DNA from: Mobula hypostoma | Taxonomy: Eukaryota | Reading direction: 5' to 3' | DNA: 64,000 nt | Assembly: GCF_963921235.1 (NCBI RefSeq) | Contig: NC_086109.1 | Location: forward strand, 25,608,001 to 25,672,000 | Shown here: in pieces, positions 11,183 to 23,985 of the stretch | Numbering within the stretch: the stretch's first letter is position 1 | Layout of the letters: each line of letters opens with the position of its first letter | Position numbers and translations under genes: made by a program | Notes under the pieces: generated by a model | Databases searched by the model: none | Seen by the model: the letters and a program-made list of their open reading frames with translations, nothing else | Told to the model about the DNA's origin: nothing

Positions 11183-11544
11183 TGGTTAAGTGGTAATGTT
11201 TAATGGTCAAGTTGCCTGTTAACACTAAATGTTTAGGGAATGTCGGTCTAATGAGTATTTGCTGAGCTATTGCCAATGGTCTCATCATGTTGAGGGAAGG
11301 TGGGCAGCAGGGGTTTTGACCAAGTGGGAGCCAGTGAGGCAGCATTGACCAGAGGGGAGGAAGTGGACAAGGAGGACATAGCTGAAGGGAGGTGAAATTG
11401 CACAAGGGAGAGGAAGCAGGTGAAGTCTAAATGAAGCTCATCTCAGTCATCCCCGGATTATTAATGACTTGGCATCAATATTCTCTGAGATCAGATGGTG
11501 AAGAGTAATATTGCAAACAGGTTGCTTCAAATATAACTTAATTC

Positions 11545-13155
11545 CCTCTGTGAACAGTTTTGGGCTCCTTAATCTGAGAAAAGGTGTGCAGGCATTGGAG
11601 AGAGTCCAGAGGAGATTCATAAGAATAATTCCGAGAATGAAAGAATTAACATATGAGGAGCATGTGATGGCTCTGGACCTGTACTCACTGGAGTTTATAA
11701 GAATAAAATCATAAGATCATAAGGCAATGGTGCAGAATTAGGCCATTTGGCCCTTCGAATCTGCACTGCCATTCAATCATGACTGATCACTTTTTCCCCT
11801 CCTCAGCCCCACTCCCCAGCCTTCTCCCCGTAACCTTTGATGCTGTGTCCAATCAAGAACCTATCAAGCTCTGCCTTAAATATACCCAATAATCTGGCCT
11901 CCACAGTTGCCCGTGGTAATAAATTCCACAAATTCATCACCCTCTGGCTAAAGTAATTTCTCCGTATCTCTGTTTTAAATGGACACCCTTCTATCCTGAG
12001 TCTGTGCCCTCTTGTCCTAGCATCCCCCACCATGGGAAACATCCTTTCCACATCTACCATGTCTAGGCGTTTCAACATTCAAAAGGTTTCAACAAAATTC
12101 CCCCCTCATCCTTCTAAATTCCAGCAAGTACAGACCAAGAGCTATCAAACGTTCCTCATATGTTAACCCTTTCATTCCTGAAATCATCCTTCTGAACCCT
12201 CTGCAATACCAGCACATCTTTTCCTAGATGAGGAGCCCAAAACTATTCATTATACTCATGATGAGGCCTCACCATTGCCTTATAAAGCCTCAGCATCACA
12301 TTCCTGCTCTTGTATTCTGGGCCTCTTGAAATGAAAGCTAACATTACATTTGCCTTCCTCAGCAATTAACCTTTAGGTTGTCTACACAAGGACTCGCAAG
12401 GCCTTTTGCATCTCAGATATTTGAATTTACTCCCTATTTAGAAAATATGCTGCACATTTATTTCTCCTACCAAAGTCAATGACCATGCATGTTCTAAGAT
12501 TGCATTTCATTTGTCACTTTCTTGCCCATTCTTTTAATCTGTCCAAGGCCTTCTGCAGCCTACCTGTCTCCTCAACACTATCTGCCCCTCCATCCAATCT
12601 TAGTATCATCTACAAACTTCGCAACAAAGCCATCCATTCCATCATCTAAATCATTGATATAAAGCATAAAAAGAAGCGGTCCCTACACCGACCCCTTCAG
12701 AACACCACTAGTCAGTGGCAGTCAACCAGTAAAGGATCCTTTTATTCCCACTCACTGGGAATAAGGGGGAATTCATTGAAATTTATTGAATATTGATAGA
12801 CCTGCAGAGAGTGGATGTGAGGAGGATGTTTCCTATAGTGGCTGAGATCAGGACCAAAGTGTACAGCCTCAGAATAGAGGGCCATCCCTTTAGAACGGAG
12901 ATGTGGAAGAATTTCCTTAGCCAGAATGTGATGAATCTGTGAAATTCGTTGCCACAGGTGGCCGTGAAGGACAAGTCATCGGGTATATTTAAAGCAGAGG
13001 TTGATAGGTTCTTGATTAATAAGGGCGTCAAAGAATACAGGGAGAAGGCAGGAGAATGGGGTTGAAAGAGATGATAAATCAGCCATGATGGAATGGCGAG
13101 GCAAACTTGATGGGCTGAATGGACTAATTCTGCTCCTGTCTTATGGTCTTATGGG
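11545..13155. mobile_element. Nested CR1s: plus-strand CR1 3' end (11545-11706, 12759-13155) split by a minus-strand CR1 (~11710-12757)
   Basis: Plus-strand reading SLEF.R.. resumes at 12759; 'gaataa' repeated at both junctions; ORF 11803-12078 (-) is CR1. Confidence 0.8.
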
Positions 13156-13435
13156 TTTATGGGACTAAATCTATAGCCCTCAGTCACCTAAATTGAGTCT
13201 TTATTCATGTTCCACAAACTGGGTTAAAATTACAAGCTCTTTACATTCACATATACTGTATAAAGATGATAACATTTTAAATAACTAAGTGTTTATTGTT
13301 AAATCACATTGACAGTAAGCCAGTAATTTCATGATTTCTGACCTTCACCCAGCATCTGGCCAACTGGCAACATCACCTAGCAACATCTGTTGACCTTTCT
13401 CTAGTCTCAGAATACCTATTGGACCTTTAGAAGTT

Positions 13436-14700
13436 TATTCAAAGTTCAAAGTAAATTTTATTATCAAAGTACATATATGTCATGATATACAACCCTGAGC
13501 TTCATCTTCTTGTGGGCATACTCAGTAACTCTATAGAATAGTAACTATAACAGGAACAATGAAAGATCAACCAGAGTGCAGAAGAAAACAAAATCTGCAA
13601 AAGCAAAAAAAAAGCATTAAATAATGAAAATACAAAATAATGAGATAAAGAGCCCTTGAATGTGAGATCATAGGTTTTGGGAACGTTTCAGCAATGGGGA
13701 AAATGAAGTTGAGTGTAGTTACGGTTCTCACGGTAACACGTCGAAGCTGCACCCTTTCTAATATGCTGGTAGAGAGAGTTTTATTCGGGTTTTCTTTAGC
13801 ACTGGAAATGGTTACATCCTGACACGCGGGACAGAAGCAAGGTCACGTTGTGTATTCCACGGACCAGCAAATTCCAGCCGGCTTACCGAACAGAGCGGCA
13901 GACACCCCTGCTGAAACCCGGAGGAAAACACACAGAGGGGGATCACAAAGCCGAGGAAAGAGGACCGGGTCCAGACAACAGAGACTTTTGGAGAAGAGGA
14001 GTTCGGTGGGTAATACCGTTTCGCCTGACCGGAAGTGCACTGAGAGAGGTAAGCGGCGTGAAGGATTGGGGTGCTTACTGATCTGGCTAACAACGGATGG
14101 TGCAATCCGGGGTATATTACGATCGAGGAACGTGTTTGCAGACTGGATATTGAACTTTTTACTGTTGGACTTCGGCCACATTCCACCGTGATACAACACT
14201 TGGCGGCACAGGAGGTCGTTCCTGCCTGTGGCCATCGAACGTGCAGCTCCTCCCGTGGAGGGTCAGACACCCTAAGCCAATAGACTGGTCCTGGACTTAT
14301 TTTCCATCTGGCATAGTTTTGCATTTTGTTGTTTGACTGTTAGGGTTTTTTGTATTGCTATACTTACGCTCTATTCTTGGTTGGTGCAGCTGTAACGAAA
14401 CCAAATTCCCCTCAGGATTAATAAAGTATATCTATCTATCTATCTATTATTCGCTTTTATTCAAGACCCTGATGGTTGAGAAGTGGTAGCTGTTCTTGAA
14501 CCTGGTGGTGCAAGTCCTGTGGCTCTTGTATCTTCCATCTGCTGGTCGCAGTGAGAAGAGAGCATGACCCGGGTGGCGAGGATCTCTGATGATGATGCTG
14601 CTTTCCTGCAACAGATGTTTCATGTATGTAGATGTGCTCAATGTCTGGGAGGGCTTTAACCATGATGCATTGGTCTGAGACTCACACCTCCTGCAAAGGG
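13436..14700 (-). mobile_element. Rex1/Babar-type LINE 3' fragment, split by the insertion at 13722-14446
   Basis: ORF 14447-14737 (IRDPRHPGHALFSL...TTRFKNSY); 3' UTR homologous to 44200-44780 and 56997-57640. Confidence 0.8.
13722..14446 (+). mobile_element. Internally deleted (non-autonomous) Rex1/Babar-like LINE derivative
   Basis: 5' ORF-like piece (YSTDQ...PAETRRKTHRGG), endonuclease piece (ANNGWCNPGYITIEERVCRLDIELFTVGLRP), C-terminal piece (RHRRSFLPVAI), 3' UTR with AATAAA and (TCTA)n tail; CpG-rich. Confidence 0.7.
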
Positions 14701-14940
14701 GTGCATAGCACTTCCACTCTACAGTCAAAAACATCAATCTAGACCTTAGTATTCAGGCTTCTGAAGTCAGACATGAACTCATAACCTTCTACCTCTGAGA
14801 TAGATGTACATCCCTTGGCATTATTGCATCCATTCACCAGTGAGGATGAATTAAAAAACTGACTCTGCACTTAATTGATGGTTTAGCACATCCTTCAGAT
14901 ATTGGACAAAGAAATTCAAAAATTAAGTCATTGTTGTTAG

Positions 14941-15033
14941 CAACACACATCAAAGTTGCTGGTGAACGCAGCAGGCCAGGCAACAACTTTGACGTGTGTT
15001 GCTTGAATTTCCAGCATCTGCAGAATTCCTCGT
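14941..15033. mobile_element. Fold-back PLE-terminus mini-insertion with 14-bp TSD
   Basis: TSD gtcattgttgttag at 14927-14940 and 15034-15047; antisense terminus joined to sense terminus + tail. Confidence 0.88.
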
Positions 15034-15850
15034 GTCATTGTTGTTAGGTTGCTTTTTTGTACACAGACAGAATCCATGAATATTAAAGAGTTATCTCCTC
15101 TTTCTTGCCAGGCTGCACCTTCCTCCACTTGACTTCCCTTTTTTGATGCCAATTCAACAAATTTCACAGTCGATTAAAGTGCTTTGAGCAACGCACACGA
15201 AAAGCTGGAGGAACTTAACAAGTCAGGCAGCATCAATGGAGAGAAATAAACAATCAATGTTTCAGGCTGAGAACCTTCATTGATGACTGCTTTATTTTCC
15301 TGTAAATGCCTACTGGTGGCATACCTATGCATACTTTGATAATAAATCAACTTTGACCTTGGCTTTGAAGATTTTCAGCTTATGCAGAATCTCTTATGTC
15401 AGTGAAAGTATTTTGATGCGCTGTTATTACTGTAATGTGGGAACCATAGCTGAAATTTTACTTATGCCCAGTATTTCTTCGAGGTGGAACTGATTTAAAG
15501 ATCCCATACATGTACCGACAGCTATGGACTTGACTGCAGTTGATGCAAAGCTTAGACAGAAAATAACGGGGAGGAGGACACAAAATCCGTAACACAACAG
15601 GTACAGGTGAAGATGGTGGGCAGCAGAGTGAGTGGTTGAGCATAATTTGAGAAAACGAGTGATTATTCACTCTGCTAGGATGAACAGCACACACGTTTTT
15701 AAAAGGTGAGAAACTACTGATTATACATGTTCAGATGGAGCTTGCTGCCATATGAAAAGCAGAAAGTTAACATCCTTATGTACTGACTGATAAAGAAAGT
15801 TAATGTTACATGAGCTTTTATAACAGGGGGTTTGTACTGCTAGAATCCTT

Positions 15851-17781
15851 CTTCTTCTGTTGCCCATTATGGCACTGACATTTAGGGCAGCAATGAAGGT
15901 CCTCCATCTCTGCTGGTGTTCAAGGCTTCCCTCATCATGTCAGTAGCTTCCTCTCAATTTACTGTCAGTCATAAGACCACAATACCGTAAGACATTGGAG
16001 CAAAATTAGGTCACTTGGCCCATCCAGTCTTCTCTACCTATTCAATCATGGCTGATCGTTTTCTCTCTCTTCAGACCCACTTCCTGGCCTACTCCTCGTA
16101 ACTGTTGATGCTGTGTCCAATCAAGAATTTATCAAGCTCTGTATTAAATACACTCAACGACCTGGCCTCCGCAGCTGCCTGTGGTAATAAATTCCACAAA
16201 TTCACTACTCTCTGGCTAAAGAAATGTCTCTGCATCTCCATTTTAAATAGATGTTCCTCTATCCTGAGGCTGTGCCCTCTTGTCCTACCCTCCTCCACCA
16301 TGGGAAACATCCTTTCCACATCTACTTTCAACATTCGAAAGGTTTCATTGAGATCCACCCTTTCTCCTTCTAAATTCCAGTGTGCACAGACCCAGAGCTA
16401 TCAAACATTCCTCATATGATAACCCTCCATTCCCAGAATCATCCTTGTGAACGCCCTCTGATTCCTCTCCAATGCTGGCGCATCTTTTCTGAGATGAGGG
16501 GCCCAAAGCTGTTCACTCTACTCAAGATGAGGCCTCACCCGTGCCTTACAAAGCCTCAGCATCACATCCCTGCTTTTGTATTCCAGACCTCTTGAAATGA
16601 ATGCTAACTTGCATTTGCCTTCTTCACCACTGACCCTCCCTGTAAGTTAACCTTTAGGGTATTCTGCACAAGAACTCCCAAGTCCCTTTGTATCTCAGAT
16701 TTTTGGATTTCTCCCCATTTAGAAAATAGTCTGCACTTTTATTTCTACTACCAAAGTGCATGACCATGTGTTTTCCAACATTGTATTTCATTTGCCACTT
16801 TCTTGCCCATTCTCCTAATCTGTCTAAGCCCTTCTGCATCCTACCTGCTTCCTCAACACTATCTACCCCTCCACCAATCTTCATATCATCTACAGAATTG
16901 GCAACAAAGCTATCCATTCCATCATCTAAATCATTGACATACAATATAAAAAGAAGCAGTCCCAACACTGACCCCTGCAGAATACCACTACTCACTGGCA
17001 AACAGCTAGAAAAGGATCCACTCACTGCCTCCTACCTATCAGCCATTGCTCTAAACATGCCAGTAACTTTCCTGTAATACTATGTGTTCTTAACTTGGTA
17101 AGCAGCTTCATGTGTGGCACCTTGTCAAAGGCTTTCTGAAAGTCCAAATATACAACATCCATTGCATCACCTTTATCTATCCTACTTGTAATCACCTCAA
17201 GGAATTGCAACAAGTTTGTCAAGCAAGATTTTCTCTAAGGAAACCATGGTGACTTTGTCCTATCTTGTCTCACGTCACAAAGTACTCCATAACCTCATCC
17301 TTAACAATTGACTACAACATCTCCCCAACCACTGAGGTCAGGCTAACTGGTCTATATTTTCCTTTCTGCTGCTTTCCTCCTTTCTTAAAGAGTAGAGTGA
17401 CATTTGCAATTTTCTAGTCCTCTGGCATATGTCAGAGCACAATGATTTTTGAAAGATCATTACTATTGCCTCCACAATTTCTACCGCTTTCTCGGGTGGA
17501 GATTCAGGAATACCTGTTGCATGCAGATGTAGAGGGATTCTCCATTGTTGTTTCTGTAACAGTTTTGCTTGACCAGTCAAGGTTGTTAGCCCTGAGCCGA
17601 ACCCCCGAACCTGGAGGACCGGTGGACCATCTTAGAGTGGCCTCTACCCTTTGACCTGTTTGGCATTGGTGACCCTTCCAAGAGCAAAAGCATAAAGCCC
17701 TGACTCCAGCCACAATAGCCCTTTGGGCCATTGAGGTATAGAACCTCCAAACCACATCAAGGCTCTGGTCCTCTTAGAGGA
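15851..17781 (-). mobile_element. RTE-derived short element (15851-15972 and ~17490-17781) split by a CR1 insertion
   Basis: Minus strand carries an RTE-type 5' UTR motif 'ggtcctccaggttcgggggttcggctcagggctaacaacc' and a (GAA)n tail. Confidence 0.6.
15975..17485 (-). mobile_element. CR1-type LINE fragment (RT region)
   Basis: ORFs 17022-17222 (VYLDFQKAFDKVPH), 16654-17025 (QGSVLG...DDMKIGG) and 16089-16358. Confidence 0.9.
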
Positions 17782-18019
17782 CTGCTAAAATAAGGGAATA
17801 TTAAACTACATCAGTTTGGTGAGATTGCCTCAAATTAGCCTGTGTAGCTGTATTCTACACCCAAAGAAAATTATTCTCACCCTAGAAGTAGCACAATTTA
17901 AAATAACAGAATAGATTCTTGAGCTTCCAAAGTCCATATTTCCTGCAACGTAGAAGTAGGCTATTTGGCCCATCAAGTATATGCCAGTTCTCAGTGCATT
18001 CCCACTGTCCCACAAATTT

Positions 18020-18525
18020 TATTTATTTATTATTTATTTAGAGATACTGCTCAGTAACAGGCCCTTCAACGCAATGAGCTCACACTGCCCAGTTACACCT
18101 CTGCAATCATTTAACCTGCTAACCTGGAATGTGGGAGGAAACCGAGAGAAAACCCATATGGTCATGAGGAGAAGGTACAAACTCCTTACAGACTGGTGGG
18201 AAATGAACCCAAGTCACTGGTGCTGTCGTAGCATCACACTATCCACTACGAAACCATGCTGCCCTAGTTTTCTGTGCAGTCCTGTCCTCTCCACGTTCCC
18301 TTCAATAACTGCTGCTTCTCAAATTCCACCCTCCACCTAGAAACCAGGAACCATTTACAATGGCCAATTAACTGATTGATCTGCACAACTCTAGGACGTG
18401 GGAGGGAACTACAGTGCCTGGAACACAGCTACACAGGAACAAGAGAACATGCAGACTCTACACAGTTGGCACCTGAGGTCCAGATCGAATCCAGGTCACT
18501 GGCTGTCTGAGGCAGCAGCTCTACT
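18020..18525 (-). mobile_element. Two decayed V-SINE-like copies
   Basis: Reverse complements of V-domain and B-box motifs ('gtgggaggaaaccg', 'aaactccttacagac', 'atcgaatccaggtcactggc'). Confidence 0.6.
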
Positions 18526-18829
18526 AGCGGAGGGGATTGACTTGTGAGCAAGGACATATTTGTGGATAAGTTTGGAAACTGGAGTAAGGATGCAGTGTCT
18601 TATTGGGTAGTACCACAATAAATCTAATCTCGTTTCTGTTGCTTCTTTTACACAAAAGAAAGCTATTCAACTCATCAGATTCACGCTAACTCACACGGAG
18701 GCAATCCCATTAGTCCCACTTTCCCTTGCTTTATTTCCTTGTAGTCCAGCAACCCACCCTCCTTATCATTTGCCTTTGATGTTTTTTACATTAACCTACA
18801 GTAAGGCTTAACTTGTCACCAATTAAAAG

Positions 18830-19235
18830 ATATAACATAGAGCATAGAACAGTTCAACACACATTAGACCCTTCTGCTCACTTTGCTATGCCAACATTAA
18901 ACCTACTCCAAGATCACTCTGTCAATTCCCTCCTTCATGGCCCTTCGCTTTTCTATCATCCGTGTGCCTATCTAAATTTATTAAATGTCCCTAATGTATC
19001 TGTCTCTACCACCATCCCTGGCAGGGCATTCCACGCACCCACCACTCTCTGTGTAAAAAAAACTACCCCTGGTATCCTGCAAAATTGTGCTCATTGCATT
19101 AGCCATTCCCACCCTGGGAAAAAGTCTCCGGCAATGTGTTCAATCCTCTTATCATCTTGTACACCTCTATCAAGTCATCTCTCATCCTCCTTCACTCCAA
19201 ACTGAGCCCTAGCTCACTCAATCTATCCTCATAAG
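18830..19235 (-). mobile_element. CR1-type LINE 3' end, decayed
   Basis: 'ggcagggcattccacgcacccaccactctctgtgtaaaaaa' and (CATAGA)n-type tail. Confidence 0.75.
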
Positions 19236-20064
19236 GTAATGAACAGTGGGAGGAGAGCAGAACTCTGACAGAAAGCTCCCGTGGTCAGAAAGAAAACATA
19301 CAATTTCCACACTGGCATCACCCAAGGTCAGGATCAAACCTGGATCACTGGAGCTTCACCCTCAGTTGTCAAGTTTGCTGTCTGATGCACAAGTACATGT
19401 ACGCACAGGTGCAGTGAAAACCTTACATGCAGCAGCATCACAGACACACAGCCTCATTAAAGCACCATTTACAAGAAAAGCATAAATTATGCATAACTTT
19501 TACTAAGAAGTACTTGTGTTCAAGAATGCTTCTTATATTCTGTGCTATATCATTCTTTAATTTTTTTTCTAAATAAAACCATTTTTTTTATTTTTGCTTT
19601 TCAGGGCCCTCAATTTCCATTAGTCAGAACCAAGTTCTTCAATAAAATTATTAGAACTTAAGTAATTGATGGAAATTCTTTACTGCTTAAATTAAAACTC
19701 CTGTACTGCACACAATGGCCACATGGTGGCCCCACACCCCAAGTGTTGCTCTAGAATTTAGCCTATTAGGGGTCATTAAGAGAAACAAAAATTTTTTGTA
19801 AAACTAACAATAGCAAAAATATGAAAAAAATCAGTAAAATATGTTTAGAAATGCATAGTAACTACATCCTAGGTCACTGGCAGATGTAGGTAGGTAGGTG
19901 GATAAGGTGACAGTAATGTTGTTAATTTTCCTATTTTTTCCATAACTCCCCATAGAATTGCCCGCTTTTATGCATCTTCAGACAAAACTATGCACTTTCT
20001 TCCCTTGTCTCTCTATTGTCTTCATATTCCACAATTTTTCACTTATTCCCATATTATCAATCTC

Positions 20065-20965
20065 ACTCCTTTACTCTCCCATGACTGTGTCACTACCCAC
20101 AGCTCCAATCTGCTAACTAAATTTGCTGACGACACTACACTGATTGGCCAAATCTCAAATAATAATGAGGCAGCCTACAGAGAGGAAGTCATCACCCTAA
20201 CACAGTGGTGTCAAGAAAACAATCTCTCCCTCAATGTCACAAAAACAAAGGAGCTGGTTGTGGACTACAGGAGGAATGGAGACAGGCTAACCCCTATAGA
20301 CATTAATGGATCTGGGGTTAAGAGAGTGAACAGCTTTAAGTTCCTTGGCGTAAACATTACCAAGGATCTCACGTGGTCCGTACATACTGGCTGTGTGGTG
20401 AGAAAGGCACAACTGCGCCTCTTTCACCTCAGGCGGTTGAAAAAGTTTGGTATGGCCCCCCAAAATTCTAAGAACTTTCTAAAGGGGCACAATTGAGAGC
20501 ATCCTGACTGGCTGCATCACTGCCTGGTATGGGAACTGTACTTCCCTCAATTACGGGACTCTGCAGAGAGTGGTGCAGACAGCCCAGCACATCTGTAGGT
20601 GTGAACTTCCCACTATTCAGGACAATTACAAAGACAGGTGTGTAAAAAAGGCCCGAAGGATCATTGGGGACTCAAGTCACCCCAACCACAAAATGTTCCA
20701 GCTGCTATCATCCAGGAAGTAGCACTGCAGCATAAAAGCCAGGACCAACAGGCTCCGGGACAGCTTCTTCCACAAGGCCGTCAGACTGATTAATTCATGC
20801 TGACGCAACTGTACTTCTATGTTATATTGACTATCCAGTTGTACATAATATTTATTATTATAAATTACTATAATTGCACATTGCACATTTGAACGGAGAC
20901 ATAACGTAAAGATTTTTACTCCTTACGTTTATGAAGGATGTAAGTAACAAGGTCAATTCAATTCA
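20065..20965 (+). mobile_element. Rex1/Babar-type LINE 3' fragment
   Basis: KFADDTTLIG...LSLNVTKTKELVVDYRR...; same subfamily as 6767-7488; (CAATT)n tail. Confidence 0.88.
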
Positions 20966-21089
20966 CTTTATCAATCCTTTTCACATATGTCCAATTCAAA
21001 CCATTCTTTTTCTCCTTAAATCCTGCAGTCCCACCTTCACATCTTTTCATTTTTCAAAATCTAAGCTACCCACTTTGGGACCTGGTACT

Positions 21090-22755
21090 GGTACTGATAT
21101 TGATTTATTATTGTCACGTGAACCAAGACACAGTGAAGAGCTTGTCTTGCATACTGTTTATACAAATCAAATCATCACACATTGCATTGAGCAAAAACAA
21201 GGTAAAAACCTTAACAATGCAGAATAATGGAAATAATTCAGAAAATGTGTAGCTTTGGTAGTTGTTGGTTGGTTTGAGTTGTTTTCCAACCCTGGGAATT
21301 TACTTGGAAATGCTTCATCACTATATGAGGAGACATCGTAAATGAGCAGCTAATTGTGGGCACTACACATTGATAATGTCCCTTGTATGGTGATGAAACC
21401 TTTGCAAGTTTATTGCCAAGATCAGGGAGCAACTCATCCCAACCAATGCGGAATAATGTGTAAAAGCTACAGAGAAAGTGCAGTGCAAGTAAAAAAAAAT
21501 AAAGTGCAAGATCATAACAAGGTTGAGTGTCATATCAAGAGTCCATCTTCTTGTACAAGAGGTTGGTTCAGGAGCCTGATAACAGTGGAATCGAATCTGT
21601 CTTGAGACTCTGTATTCATTCAAGATTCAAAGGTTCAAAAAACTTTATTGTCATTCTAACCGTACATCAGCTCTGCAGGGCAGAATGAGACAGCGTTTCC
21701 CAGGAGCAGTGCAATCATAACATAACAAACACAGCACTAAATAATAAACATAACAATAAATAGTAAAACACAAAAGCCACATGTCAGTTAAAATCAAGTT
21801 ATAGTTGTCCAGTGCAAGTTAAAATTGTCCAAAGCAGAGTCAGGTGGAGCAGCTATTTAGCAGTCTGACTGCCTGTGGGAGGAAGCTGTTTAGTAGCCTT
21901 GTGGTTTTAGTTTTGATGCTCCTGTAACATTTGCCTGATGGCAGAAGAACAAACAGTTCATGGAGAGGGTGTGAGGGGTCTTTAATGATGTACCGTGTCT
22001 TCTGGAGGCATCGACCCTGAAAGAGGTCTTGGACAGAAGGTAGGGAGACCCCAATAACCTTCTCTGCTCCCCTAACCACCCTCTGCAAGGCTTTTTAGTC
22101 GACAGCACTGCAGCTGGAGTACCAGGTTGTGGAGTACCATGCTTTTGTATCAGCTGTCCAATGGGAAACGGGAGAAGGCAGAATGTTGGGAGGAGAGGGG
22201 ACCAGAGGTCTATGATTATGCTGGCTGTTTTACTGAAGTGATGAGTCCATAGGGAGGAGGTGGATTTCTATGATGTACAAAGCTATGGCCTCAACTCTGC
22301 CAATCCTTGTAGTCACATGCAGAGCAGTTGTCATACCAGGCAATGATGTGTCCAGATAGAACGTTTTCAATGGTGCATCAAGAAAAGATTGGTAAGAGTC
22401 AATGGGGACATGCAAAATTTCTTTAACCTCCTGAGGAAATAGAAGTGTTGGTGAGTTTTCTTGGACATGGCATCAATGTGATTGGACCAGGGCAGACTAC
22501 TAGTGATGTTCACACCTAGGAACTTGAAGCTCTCAACCTTCTGAACCTCAGCACTGTTGGTGTACATAGTACGTGCTCTGATCCCTTTCCTGAAATCAAC
22601 GACCAGCTCTTTTGTTGTTTTATTGAGGGTAAGGTTGTCATCATAACACCATGTCACTAAGCTCTCTCTCTCCTTCAGGGTATTTGGACTCACCTTTATT
22701 TGAAATACGTGTCACTATGGTGGTATCATCCGAATACTTGTAAATGGAGTTAGAC
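21090..22755 (-). mobile_element. Nested Rex1/Babar-type fragments (younger copy ~21620-22130 inside an older copy)
   Basis: ORFs 21840-22088 and 22367-22693 both encode the Rex1-type C-terminus; two separate tails. Confidence 0.75.
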
Positions 22756-22823
22756 TGTGTCAGCTTAAGTACCAGTCCAGGCATAAAAATTAATGCTAAA
22801 TGTCAATTATAGAGCCTACCTCT

Positions 22824-23452
22824 TTCTTTCTTTTTAAATCTTTTTATTAATTTTCCAAAATTATAAACAGAATAACAATATTGATAGAGAGATTGGAATA
22901 ATCTTATTGTTGATAAATATGTACAAAAAAGATTTCAAATAATACAAGTATAATAGACTTCCAAACACGTAAAATAATTAATCATAGAGAAAAAAGAAAT
23001 AAAAAGAAGAAAAAATACCAAGAAAAACTCCAAAAAAACCCCCAAAAAAAGCTAAATACCAAACCCAAAAAAAAGAAAGCAAATGGAACAAAACAAGGCT
23101 AGACCATTATCTTAAATCGAACACATTCAGTAATGTCGTCAACTCCGTTCCTCTATTTATATTTTAAGTTAATAAAAAGGATTCCGAAAGGTCAAATTAC
23201 ATCATATGAAAATGTTGAATAAATGGTTTCCAAGTCTCTTCAAATTTAACCGAAGGATCAAAAATATCACTTCTGATTTTTTCTAAATTTAAACATAACA
23301 TAGTTTGGGAAAACCATTGAAATGTAGTAGGAGGATTGGTCTCCTTCCAGTTCAATAAAATGGATCTTCTGGCCATTAAAGTAACAAATGCAATCATCCA
23401 ACAGGCTGAAGAGGATAAAAATCTATGTCAAACCAAAAATTGCTGTAATAGG
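22824..23452 (-). mobile_element. L1-clade LINE 3' end (fish-type ORF2 C-terminus) with TSD
   Basis: ORF 23197-23397 (LMARRSILLNWK...LNLEKIR...KFEETWKPF); AATAAA + A-rich tail on the minus strand; gagcct(a/c)cctct repeated at 22812-22823 and 23453-23464. Confidence 0.82.
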
Positions 23453-23614
23453 GAGCCTCCCTCTGTTGTCTCTTCTAATCAATGTGCAAGTTAACAGAAT
23501 AAACTGATGCAATTGATTTATTTGTGGGTAAAATAACATCCAGAGCCAACAAAACAATCAACAGTAAAGTAAAATACTCAGCTAATTAAAGCTCTCAGTT
23601 GATTGGGTTATAAG

Positions 23615-23985
23615 GATCTAAGACCTTAAGACTTTCGAGGCCACTTGGCCCATCAAATCTGCTCAGCCATTCAATCCCATCTGATTTATTTTCCCTCTCA
23701 CCCCATTCTCCTACCTTTTCCTCATAATCTTTGATCCCTTACTAATCAATAATCTATCAACCTCCACTTTAAATTTACCCAATGACTTGGCCTTGACAGA
23801 CGTCTGTGGTAATGAATTCCCCAGATTAACCTCGGTCTAAAGAAATCTCTCCTCATCTCTGTTCTAAAGGGATACGTTTCTATTCTGAGGCTGTGCCTTC
23901 TGATCCCAGACTCTTCCACTATTGGGAGCATCATTTCCATGTCCACTCTACTTAAGCCTTTTAATATTTAGTAGGTTTTAATTGG
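23615..23985 (-). mobile_element. CR1-type LINE 3' end
   Basis: ORF 23746-23946 (PIVEES..RRHSLRI...FRTEMRR). Confidence 0.8.
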
